This document shows, piece by piece, positions 23,334-31,297 of a stretch of DNA of 64,000 nucleotides. The first letter of the stretch is position 1. The number at the start of each line of letters is the position of its first letter. The position numbers and the translations under genes were made by a program. The DNA is taken from positions 11,245-75,244 of the forward strand of contig JAUNIP010000003.1 of assembly GCA_030523425.1 (NCBI GenBank), in the 5' to 3' direction. Source of the stretch: Coriobacteriia bacterium. Lineage in GTDB: Bacteria; Actinomycetota; Coriobacteriia; Coriobacteriales; Eggerthellaceae. Below the pieces are notes generated by a model. That model was not told the origin of the DNA, did not search any database, and worked only from the letters and a program-made list of their open reading frames with translations.

Positions 23334-25820
23334 CTACGCCATTGGTAGCAAGGCGTTGTCTTGGGCATTCACCAGTATGGAGGCAGCGCGTACGCGCCAT
23401 AGGCTTTCGGCGGGCTTGAGCATGCGGCTGCCGTCGTCCATCTTGTAGCCGGAAATGGCGCCGTTCTCCAATGCCCACGCGCAGCTTTCACGGGCCCACG
23501 CGCTTATGTCAGAAGCGTCGCTTACCAGGCTGTCCAGCTTGGTCACATCGCCTGCGCCGTTGTTGATGCGGCACAGTATGGCGCACAGCTGCTCGCAGGT
23601 CACCGGGTCGTTCGGCCCGAAGGTGCCATTTTCGTAGCCCTTGACGTAGCCCTGCTGAACGGCCCAGTTGCAGGCGCCGGTGTAGAACAGGCCGTCGCCC
23701 AAATCGGGCATGCCGGTGGTGTCCTTCTTTGCCTTGGTTGCGGCGTCGTAAGCGGCCGCAGCAGCGGGATCTATGCAGCGCCACAGCGTCACAGCCAATT
23801 GCGCACGCGTCAGGTTGTCAGCAGAACCGAAGTAGCCGTCGCCGTAGCCCTGCATGATGCCGCGCGCCGCCGCTTCGTACACCGGCGCGTAGTACCATGC
23901 TTCTTGGTCAGCCACATCGGGGAATTCGCGCATCACGCGCGCCTGGCACGTGGCGGTCAGGCCATTCACCGTCGTGGCTGTTATGGTCACAGTGCCCGCA
24001 TTCACGCCGGTCACCCAGCCTTCGGCATCCACCGTGGCAACGTTTTCGTCTGCGCTGTTCCATGTAACGTCTTGCGGCGCGTCGTTGGGAAAAGCGGCAG
24101 GCCCGGGCGCCACCTTGGCGTTAAGCTGCGGGCCGGAATGTCCCGCTACTGCTGTGGCCGTGCTGCGGTCCATTTGCACGCCGGTAGGAGCGGCGTAGGG
24201 GTAGCAGGCCAGTTCACGGTTCTGAACTGCGCCGCACAGCAGGCAGGTGCGCTGCTCCAGGCCGGTTTCGGTGTGGGTGGGTTCACGCACTACCACCGGT
24301 TCGCCCCATTCGTGCACCGTGGCCTTGTCTTCTAAGGCCAACGTCATGGAATAGTTGTTGGCCACTTCGTGGGGAAAAGTCACGGCTGCCCAGCCCTCGC
24401 GTACCATGGAAGTGATTACGCCTGAGATTGCCTGGTAATAGGGGGTAGACGCAGGTATAACGTTGAAGATGGCCCCTAAGTCCGCAAACAAAGCCGTCAT
24501 ATCGCCGGAATCTCCCACCACCGTGGCAAGGGTGTTCAGCACAACGGCCGGGCAGATGGTGGCGGTGGTCACCCATTTGCCGCTGTCTTCGGAATATGCG
24601 TAGCTGATGTTTACCAGTTCAGTGCAGTGCAGTTTGGCGGCTGCATCGTTAAAGGTTTGTACCGCCGCCTGCGCGGAGGGTTCCAGATTGAATTCGCGTG
24701 TGGCAGTGTCGTAGTCGTGCGAACTGGAATACAGGTCGTCGCGGTCTTTGGCGCAGGCCGCAAAGTTGTCAAGAAGGGTGGGCACGTCGCTTAGGAAGGA
24801 ATAAGCATGCCCAGTCATGGCCTCGTATTCAGCCCGGGCATCCGCGCAATCGTCGCTTGAGAAGGTGTAGGCAAGATCGGTGCCGTAGCGCGTGAAACCC
24901 CATTGCGACAGCGGCAGGTTAGACACCAGGTCATCGGCGTTGAACAGGTTGAAGATGCTTTCATACGTGGAATCGTGCGCATTTTCGGCCGTGGTCACGG
25001 CTGGCGAAGAAAACGTGTAGTCATACACCTGCATGCTGCCTTCGTCCACGTACAGCTTACCCAAAATGTTGGCTATCGCAGCGCCGCGGGAATGGCCGGT
25101 CAGCAGGATGGACACGTTGTCGTTTTCGGCAGCGGGGTGGGCGGCCATGTAGTTGTTGACAGCCGTTTGGACGCGGCTGGTCGTCACGGCAAACCCTTTG
25201 TGCATTTCGGCCATATCTGCGTCCCATTCGGGATGTTCGCCTGTTTTGTCATAGCCATCAGCGGTGGCAGAGCCCACGTCGAAGTTGCTGCTCCACTCTT
25301 CGTAGGTGCCGTTTGTGCCGCGGATGGCCACTACGTACACCGTGTGATGCGTGCCGCCAACAGTCAAGCTGCGGGTGCCTATGATGATGTCGGTTTTGTC
25401 ATTGGCGTCAACTGCCTCATCGTTTGCCAAAACAGCCACGCGCTCCACATTCGTGAAGCCCACATCACTTAGCAGCCGGGTTTTGTCCTCCACGCCGGTA
25501 GCGGGCGCCTTTTCTATGTTTTCCCCGTCGTAGGCTTCGGCTGAAAGCAGGCTGGCAAACGTTGCCAGGCCAGCGTTGTAGTGCGTGCTGCAGTAAGTGG
25601 TCAGCCACGCGTAGTCAAAGCTGAGGGTACGTGTGATGGTTTGGCTTTGATAGGCGAAAGAAGAGCCGCTAATTTCCACCGGGAAGCTGTAAGCGGTCTG
25701 CTCTTCGGCTGCCGTGGTGGCGTTTGGTTCGCTGGCAAACGAAGTTGCAGGCACGCAGCCGAATGCTAAGGTGAACGAAACTAGCAGGCACAATGCCGTT
25801 TTTCGAAAGGACTTTTGCAT
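23334..25820 (-). CDS. Secreted class-3 lipase-like alpha/beta hydrolase with Big_2-like and three SLH-like C-terminal repeats
   Basis: ATG at 25820. Signal peptide MQKSFRKTALCLLVSFTLAFGCVPATSFA. Nucleophile elbow LTGHSRGAAIA. Ig-like region VTWNSADENVATVDAEGWVTGVNAGTVTITATT. C-terminal repeats FPDV...YYAPVYEAAARGIMQGY.. and similar, as in S-layer homology domains. Confidence 0.75.
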   Translation of the reverse strand: MQKSFRKTALCLLVSFTLAFGCVPATSFASEPNATTAAEEQTAYSFPVEISGSSFAYQSQTITRTLSFDYAWLTTYCSTHYNAGLATFASLLSAEAYDGENIEKAPATGVEDKTRLLSDVGFTNVERVAVLANDEAVDANDKTDIIIGTRSLTVGGTHHTVYVVAIRGTNGTYEEWSSNFDVGSATADGYDKTGEHPEWDADMAEMHKGFAVTTSRVQTAVNNYMAAHPAAENDNVSILLTGHSRGAAIANILGKLYVDEGSMQVYDYTFSSPAVTTAENAHDSTYESIFNLFNADDLVSNLPLSQWGFTRYGTDLAYTFSSDDCADARAEYEAMTGHAYSFLSDVPTLLDNFAACAKDRDDLYSSSHDYDTATREFNLEPSAQAAVQTFNDAAAKLHCTELVNISYAYSEDSGKWVTTATICPAVVLNTLATVVGDSGDMTALFADLGAIFNVIPASTPYYQAISGVITSMVREGWAAVTFPHEVANNYSMTLALEDKATVHEWGEPVVVREPTHTETGLEQRTCLLCGAVQNRELACYPYAAPTGVQMDRSTATAVAGHSGPQLNAKVAPGPAAFPNDAPQDVTWNSADENVATVDAEGWVTGVNAGTVTITATTVNGLTATCQARVMREFPDVADQEAWYYAPVYEAAARGIMQGYGDGYFGSADNLTRAQLAVTLWRCIDPAAAAAYDAATKAKKDTTGMPDLGDGLFYTGACNWAVQQGYVKGYENGTFGPNDPVTCEQLCAILCRINNGAGDVTKLDSLVSDASDISAWARESCAWALENGAISGYKMDDGSRMLKPAESLWRVRAASILVNAQDNALLPMA

Positions 25821-25956
25821 GAGGACGCCTTTCTGTGCTGAACTGTCTGATGGCTTCATTATAAGAACATGGCAACCATCCATCGGCAAGAGTTCTTGTT
25901 AATGAATTATATTGTCACAAAGCACCAGAAAGAGCGCGCCTTGCGCAGGGGTGGGG

Positions 25957-26574
25957 TTAGAAGGCCCCTAAACCTTCGCAGCCTATGAAGGCGTCCGGGT
26001 CTAAGTGGTCCACATGGGCCGGCAGCACCACGTGCTTAAAGGCTACGCAGTGGCGAAAGGCCCCTTTGCCCAGGTAGACCAGCGGGTCGTGCAGCACAGG
26101 GTCGGGCAGGGCAATGCACCAGCTGAAGGCGTAGTCGCCAATGTCTGCGGCGTAAGTCAGCGGTTCGCATTCCTGCAAGCTCTTGCACCCCGCGAAGGCT
26201 TCGGCACAGATGCCGTATAGCCCCGTGCCGCCCGTTACGCGCTGTAAGCCAGAGCAGTTGCTAAACGCCCCTTTGGGCACCACTTCCAGCCGTTCAGGCA
26301 GGTGCACGTATTCCAAATGCGTGCAGTTGCGAAACGCGCGGGTGCCCAGGTGCTCCAAGGTGGAAGGCAATTCTACCCGCTGCAAGCCCATGCACCCTGC
26401 AAAGGCCTCGTCGCCAATGCTGCGCACACCTTCGGGGATGGTTACGCAAATCAGCTCCGCATGCCCGCGAAACGCACGTGGGGCAATAGAAGTAACCCCG
26501 GCGGGCACCGCCACGTTAGGCTGGTCCCCGCCGGAATAGGTGTTCAGGCTTATGTCAAACACGCCTTCACTCAT
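25957..26574 (-). CDS. BspA-type leucine-rich repeat protein
   Basis: Repeats of the form IPEGVRSIGDEAFAGCMGLQRVELPSTLEHLGTRAFRNCTHLEYVHLPERLEVVPKGAFSNCSGLQRV (LRR_5/BspA pattern). Start taken at MSEGVF (26574). Confidence 0.75.
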   Translation of the reverse strand: MSEGVFDISLNTYSGGDQPNVAVPAGVTSIAPRAFRGHAELICVTIPEGVRSIGDEAFAGCMGLQRVELPSTLEHLGTRAFRNCTHLEYVHLPERLEVVPKGAFSNCSGLQRVTGGTGLYGICAEAFAGCKSLQECEPLTYAADIGDYAFSWCIALPDPVLHDPLVYLGKGAFRHCVAFKHVVLPAHVDHLDPDAFIGCEGLGAF

Positions 26575-26590
26575 AAACGTGCCCACGCCT

Positions 26591-27307
26591 TTAGGCGTTT
26601 TGTTCCTTCTTGGGGAAGAACGGGCAGCGCTCACGCAGGCATTCCATGTTGCGATGGAAATGCGTGCAGGTCACGGTTTCAGGGATGTCCATTTCCACGC
26701 CGCGCACTTCTTTCACGTACTTGGCAGATTCCAAAATGGACGTGAAACCCGTGCGCTTGCAGCAACGCGGGCCGCCAAGGTCGGCCAGAGCGCCCAAAAT
26801 GTTAGACGTTAAGCGTTGGGTTTGCCCCCACGGTTCGCTGGTCATGGGGGTGGAACCGGAAATGATGGAATAAAACTGCCCGGCGCTGGTGGCTGCGCCG
26901 CACGTGCCCCAAAAGCCGCACGTGCCGCCCGGCACCTGCAGGGAACGCTTCTTCAGTTCCTCCAAGCCCTTGTCCAGATCAATTTCGCCGCCGGCATTTT
27001 TGTAGGCCGTCATCAGCGAAGCGCCAATAAGCGTGTGGTGTTCCGGCCCGTTGGGGAAGATGGACTTGTCGTTCATCAGGTGCTGGGCAATTTCTATAGG
27101 GTCCTTAGACGTTTGCTTCTTGCATTCTTCCAGCACCCAGTTCACGCCGCCGGCGCGGTGGCAGGCGTCGCACACATAATGCCCCGCGGTGCAAATGGAA
27201 TGCCCGGTTTCCTTCTTGCCGCAAATGTGGCAGGTTACTTCTTGGGCTTCTTCGAAGTAGTCCAAGGGTTCGCCGCATACTAAACAAATCGCTAATCCAA
27301 CTGACAT
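26591..27307 (-). CDS. Cys-rich putative metal/Fe-S binding protein (possibly DUF5714-like)
   Basis: 238 aa. N-terminal zinc-ribbon-like CLVCGEPL...CHICGKK...CTAGHYVCDACH, then GGTCGFWGTCGAA and CCKR, CTHF, CLRERCPF. Last gene but one of the ABC operon. Family name is from memory only. Confidence 0.55.
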   Translation of the reverse strand: MSVGLAICLVCGEPLDYFEEAQEVTCHICGKKETGHSICTAGHYVCDACHRAGGVNWVLEECKKQTSKDPIEIAQHLMNDKSIFPNGPEHHTLIGASLMTAYKNAGGEIDLDKGLEELKKRSLQVPGGTCGFWGTCGAATSAGQFYSIISGSTPMTSEPWGQTQRLTSNILGALADLGGPRCCKRTGFTSILESAKYVKEVRGVEMDIPETVTCTHFHRNMECLRERCPFFPKKEQNA

Positions 27308-27323
27308 TTTGAGCTCCTCTCGT

Positions 27324-28256
27324 CTATTCGCTCCACTTTACGGTTTTCTTGATCAGAAGGCTTATCAGGCAGTCCAGCACGGTAACCACCAGCCCAACGC
27401 AGATAATGCCCGCCACCACGTTGGTGTAGTTGCCGTAGTTGGTGTAGTTCAGCACGAAGTATCCCATGCCGGAAGTGGCGCCGTACATTTCGGCCATCAC
27501 CAGCATCAGCATGGCGGTTGCCATCTGCACCTTCATGCCCGTGGCGATGGCGGGGTAGGTGTAGGGCACAAACACCTGGAAGATTATCTGCGGGGTGGAA
27601 AGCCCCATCATGCGCGCAGATTCCACAATGCGCCGGTCCATGCTGCCCACGCGCAGGATGGCGTTCAGCAGCGTGGGCCAGAAAATGCCCAAAAAGATTG
27701 CCATGATGGCCGCACTGCGGAAGTTCGGCATCAGCATAATCAGGTACGGCGCGAACACGATGGCCGGAATGGGCGCGCACACGCGTGCGATGGGATACAC
27801 CGTGTCGCGCAGCTTGGGAAGCCAACCCACAAACAGGCCTATGACGTTGCCCAAAATAAGCGCGGAAAAATAGCCCGCAAACACCAGCTGCAGCGAAGAA
27901 TAGATATTTCGCGTCAGTTCCGGCCACAGCGTTGGGAACACGTTGAACACGTTTTCCGGGTTGGGAATAAGCACCGGGTGGGTAATCTTTAAGATGGTCG
28001 AACACACTTCCCACGCTATCAAAAGCGCCCAGACCACAATGGCAATGTAGTTGGTAGAAGGCTTGCGGTCGTTGGCGAAGAAGCGCCACAGATACAATGC
28101 CTCAATAAGCACGGTGGCCACGTAAAACGGCACGGGTGTGGCAATCTTCGCCTTGCCGGGAATGGTTATGGCAACCAGCAGCGCCACGAATAGCACGTTG
28201 GTCACAATGAAAGAAGGCGTGACAACCTTCCTGTGCGTCTTTCCGATCGCTTCCAT
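27324..28256 (-). CDS. ABC transporter permease (NitT/TauT-type)
   Basis: 310 aa, six or more TM segments. Start overlaps the ATPase stop by 1 nt. Typical BPD_transp_1-like region RVCAPIPAIVFAPYLIMLM. Confidence 0.85.
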   Translation of the reverse strand: MEAIGKTHRKVVTPSFIVTNVLFVALLVAITIPGKAKIATPVPFYVATVLIEALYLWRFFANDRKPSTNYIAIVVWALLIAWEVCSTILKITHPVLIPNPENVFNVFPTLWPELTRNIYSSLQLVFAGYFSALILGNVIGLFVGWLPKLRDTVYPIARVCAPIPAIVFAPYLIMLMPNFRSAAIMAIFLGIFWPTLLNAILRVGSMDRRIVESARMMGLSTPQIIFQVFVPYTYPAIATGMKVQMATAMLMLVMAEMYGATSGMGYFVLNYTNYGNYTNVVAGIICVGLVVTVLDCLISLLIKKTVKWSE

Positions 28257-29035
28257 TATTCGTCATCCTCCTCGGGCGCCGTTTGCTCGAACAAATCCAG
28301 CACCTCGGCTTTGATGGCGCGAATTTCCGGGTTGTCGTACAGCGATGCCATGTCGTGGGCGCGGTCTTTGGGCAGCTCGAAAACCTTGATGATGTGACGC
28401 GGCTCCATGAACACTATGCGGTCGGCCAAAATGAGCGCTTCGTCAATGTCGTGCGTGACGAAGATGGCGGTCTTGCAGCAGCTGCCTGCCCACAGGTCCA
28501 TCAGCAGCGCCTGCAACTTTCCCCTGATCATGGGGTCTAAGGCGCCGAAGGGCTCATCAAGCAGCATGACCGGGGCATCTATGGCCAAGGCGCGCGCAAT
28601 GGCCACGCGTTGGCGCATGCCGCCCGAAAGTTGGAAGGGGTAGCGATTGGCGGCTTCTTTCACTCCCACTTGTTCTAGCAGGTCTAAGGCCCGCGTGCGC
28701 GCCGCTTCCTTTTCCATGCCCTTTACCTTGCGCAAAGCGAACATCACGTTTTTCAGGGCTGTCTGCCACGGGAACAGCGAATAGTTTTGGAACACGATTG
28801 ACCGGTCGGGCCCCGGGCCTTCTATGGGCTTGCCATCGATGCAGATTTCGCCTTCGGTGGGTTTTGTCAGGCCCGCCAGCAAGCTGAGCATGGTGGACTT
28901 GCCGCAGCCGGAATGACCAACCAGGCAGATAAATTCACCGTCGTCTACGGTAAGGTTGATGTCTTCAAGGGCCAAAAACGATTCGTCGTTGTCCACATAG
29001 GAATAGCTGACGTCTTTGAATTCGATAGTTGGCAT
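28256..29035 (-). CDS. ABC transporter ATP-binding protein (NitT/TauT-type)
   Basis: Walker A GHSGCGKST, signature LSGGMRQRV, Walker B VMLLDEP, H-loop VTHD. Confidence 0.9.
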   Translation of the reverse strand: MPTIEFKDVSYSYVDNDESFLALEDINLTVDDGEFICLVGHSGCGKSTMLSLLAGLTKPTEGEICIDGKPIEGPGPDRSIVFQNYSLFPWQTALKNVMFALRKVKGMEKEAARTRALDLLEQVGVKEAANRYPFQLSGGMRQRVAIARALAIDAPVMLLDEPFGALDPMIRGKLQALLMDLWAGSCCKTAIFVTHDIDEALILADRIVFMEPRHIIKVFELPKDRAHDMASLYDNPEIRAIKAEVLDLFEQTAPEEDDE

Positions 29036-29142
29036 GGTGTTCCTTTGCGTTTGGCGCGGGCTCGTTCAAGCTAAAAGGGTGTCCGAATGCGAAATCCGGA
29101 CACCCTTTCGGATGCATGAATCAGCCTTGCTAGGGCATTCCT

Positions 29143-30327
29143 TTACAGGCCCAGCGTGTTGTGGGCGGTGTACTCTTCCAGCAAGCCTTCGTAGAAGCTC
29201 TTGTTTTCGCCGCGCTTGATCAGTTCGTCCAAGGCAGCCTTGTAGATGGTGGAATCCATGTGGTCAAGGATGACGGACTTGTCGTTGTCGGCCAAGTCGC
29301 CATTGTCCACCATGTCTTCGTAGAACGCCTTCACGTCGTCGGTCATGGGATCCATTTCGAACTTCATGGCGGCGGTGTAGGTGGCGGTGGAATACATGGT
29401 GGCTTCAACGTATTCGGCGGACTGGCCCGAAGTGCCAGAAATGGCCTGGATGGTGCCGGCCTTGTCGGTGTTGATGTCGCACAGCGCGCGCAGGTTGGCA
29501 ATTTCAAACTTCACCAAGGCCGACTTCTTCTCTTCGAAGGCGGCGCGGTTGGTGGACTGGCGGCAGCAGGGGAATTCGTGGCCCATCAGTTCGTTGGGAC
29601 GGAAGCCGATGACCACCGACGGGTCCTGGATGGCCACAAAACCATAGCCGGAATTCACGAAGGCGATGTCGCATTCGCCCTTCTTGACGGCTTCCACTTC
29701 AGCGGCGCTGCCTTCCAGCAAGATGAATTCAACGTCGTTGCCTTCGGCCAGGGCGCCAATTTTCAGGCCTTGCTTGCGCAGCCAAGACTTCGTGGCCATG
29801 TGGCCGGTTTCCATGCGGAAGCAGGCAATCTTTGCGCCCTTGAAGTCGTCGGCCTTCTTGAAGCGGTCCTTGTCTTCCGCGCGCACCACGGCTTCAGAGC
29901 CGTCCATAACGGTGCCGCCGAAGATGACCAAGTCGTCGCCTTGGGCCACATAGGTGCAGGTGGGGATAGAGCCATAAGGAACCACGTCTATAGAGCCCTT
30001 GGAAAGGCCGGGCATGATTTCAGGGAAGCCGCCGCCGAAGGGTTCCTGGGTGACCGTCAGCTTTTCTTCGGTGTAATAGCCTTTCGCGTTGGCCAAGGAA
30101 ATGGAAGAAGTCTTGGTGTCTTTCGGGTTGACCACGACGACCAATGATTCAACTTCGTCGTTGAGTTCGATGGTGGGGGCTGCGGTGTTGGCGTTGGTGT
30201 TAGTGTTGTTGGCTGGCGTGTTGCTAGAGCTAGACGAGCTGTTAGAGCAGCCGGACAAAGCAGCAATGCCTGCAACGGCAGCCGCGGTGGCACCGACGAA
30301 TCCGCGCCTGGTGATAGATTTGGACAT
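29143..30327 (-). CDS. ABC substrate-binding lipoprotein (NMT1/THI5-like fold), substrate unknown
   Basis: ATG at 30327. MSKSITRRGFVGATAAAVAGIAALSGCS (TAT-like motif plus lipobox), then a Ser/Asn/Thr linker. First gene of the SBP-ATPase-permease operon. Confidence 0.75.
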   Translation of the reverse strand: MSKSITRRGFVGATAAAVAGIAALSGCSNSSSSSSNTPANNTNTNANTAAPTIELNDEVESLVVVVNPKDTKTSSISLANAKGYYTEEKLTVTQEPFGGGFPEIMPGLSKGSIDVVPYGSIPTCTYVAQGDDLVIFGGTVMDGSEAVVRAEDKDRFKKADDFKGAKIACFRMETGHMATKSWLRKQGLKIGALAEGNDVEFILLEGSAAEVEAVKKGECDIAFVNSGYGFVAIQDPSVVIGFRPNELMGHEFPCCRQSTNRAAFEEKKSALVKFEIANLRALCDINTDKAGTIQAISGTSGQSAEYVEATMYSTATYTAAMKFEMDPMTDDVKAFYEDMVDNGDLADNDKSVILDHMDSTIYKAALDELIKRGENKSFYEGLLEEYTAHNTLGL

Positions 30328-30628
30328 AACAGGTTCCTTTCCTTCTTTACAAGGCCCCTCTTGGGCCCTTGCGGCAGTATCCCTTCGTGCTGTCGCGAAT
30401 GGTGATAGACTACGACAACTATTGGTTTGATACAATCAAAAGGCAATATCTATTCCGCCAATGGAAAAATTTGTAATGCGGGTTTCGTTGGGGGAATACC
30501 CCACTTGGCCAACAGGGATTGGCGCTGCAGGGTTTTGCGCGACCTGCGAAAAGCCGTCATCAGGTGCGAACATGCCGGCGCATGCTATAAGATGGTGCGG
30601 TTGGGAAAATCACGCGAAAGCAGGTTTT

Positions 30629-31252
30629 ATGGCAGATAGGCACGACACCGTTGGGCGGGGGTTTCGCGCCACGTTTAAGGACGCCGGCACGTTTGGGTTT
30701 TGGCGCAACATTGTGGTGTACTTTTGCGTGTTCAGCGTGGTTGGTCACCTGGTCGAATGGCCGTACTGCTGGATTGGCGCCACGTTCTTCGGGTCTGTGC
30801 CGCCCGATGCCGAAGTGCTTACCAACCCGTTGAAGCCCTTCTTTGTGTACGGCTTCGGCATAACTGCGTGCGCTGTGCTGCTGGTGCCCTACAAGGAACA
30901 TCTGCGCAAGTACCTGCCGCGCCCGTGGATGGCGTTGCTGGTGTTTTACGTGATAAGCGTGTTCATTGGCATGGGCATGGAACTAACCCAGGGCTTCCTG
31001 CAAAACCAGCCGGTAGACGGCGTGTATCCTCTGTGGGACGTGCACGATCATCCCGGCAACATATTGGGCCAGGCCTGGATTGTGAACGACATATTCTTGG
31101 GGGCCATCATCACCGTGGTGGTGTGGGTGGTCTATCCCGCGTGCGAACGCGCCATAGCTAAGCTGTCCGAGCGCCAGGCGAACATAAACGCCCTGGTGAT
31201 AGTGGGCATTACCGCGGTCATCACCGTGATAACGTACTTCTTTTGGGGTTAA
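30629..31252 (+). CDS. Polytopic membrane protein (DUF1113 / putative ABC-transporter type IV-like)
   Basis: Start taken at MADRHD. FCVFSVVGHLVEWPYCWI resembles the FF.YS..GW..E..Y signature of that family. Five or more TM segments. Confidence 0.5.
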   Translation: MADRHDTVGRGFRATFKDAGTFGFWRNIVVYFCVFSVVGHLVEWPYCWIGATFFGSVPPDAEVLTNPLKPFFVYGFGITACAVLLVPYKEHLRKYLPRPWMALLVFYVISVFIGMGMELTQGFLQNQPVDGVYPLWDVHDHPGNILGQAWIVNDIFLGAIITVVVWVVYPACERAIAKLSERQANINALVIVGITAVITVITYFFWG

Positions 31253-31297
31253 ACTGCCCCTGCGCTGCGCGCCGTCACTTGGGCGCCGTGGCGGGCC

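Noticed and set aside
30328-30460. TPP (THI-box) riboswitch expected upstream of an NMT1/THI5-like binding protein gene
   Set aside because: Reading the reverse complement, I could not find the conserved CUGAGA / ACCUGAUCUGGAUAAUGCCAGCG-type elements. Only a short palindrome (TTTGAT-TGT-ATCAAA) is present. A cmscan would be needed to be certain.
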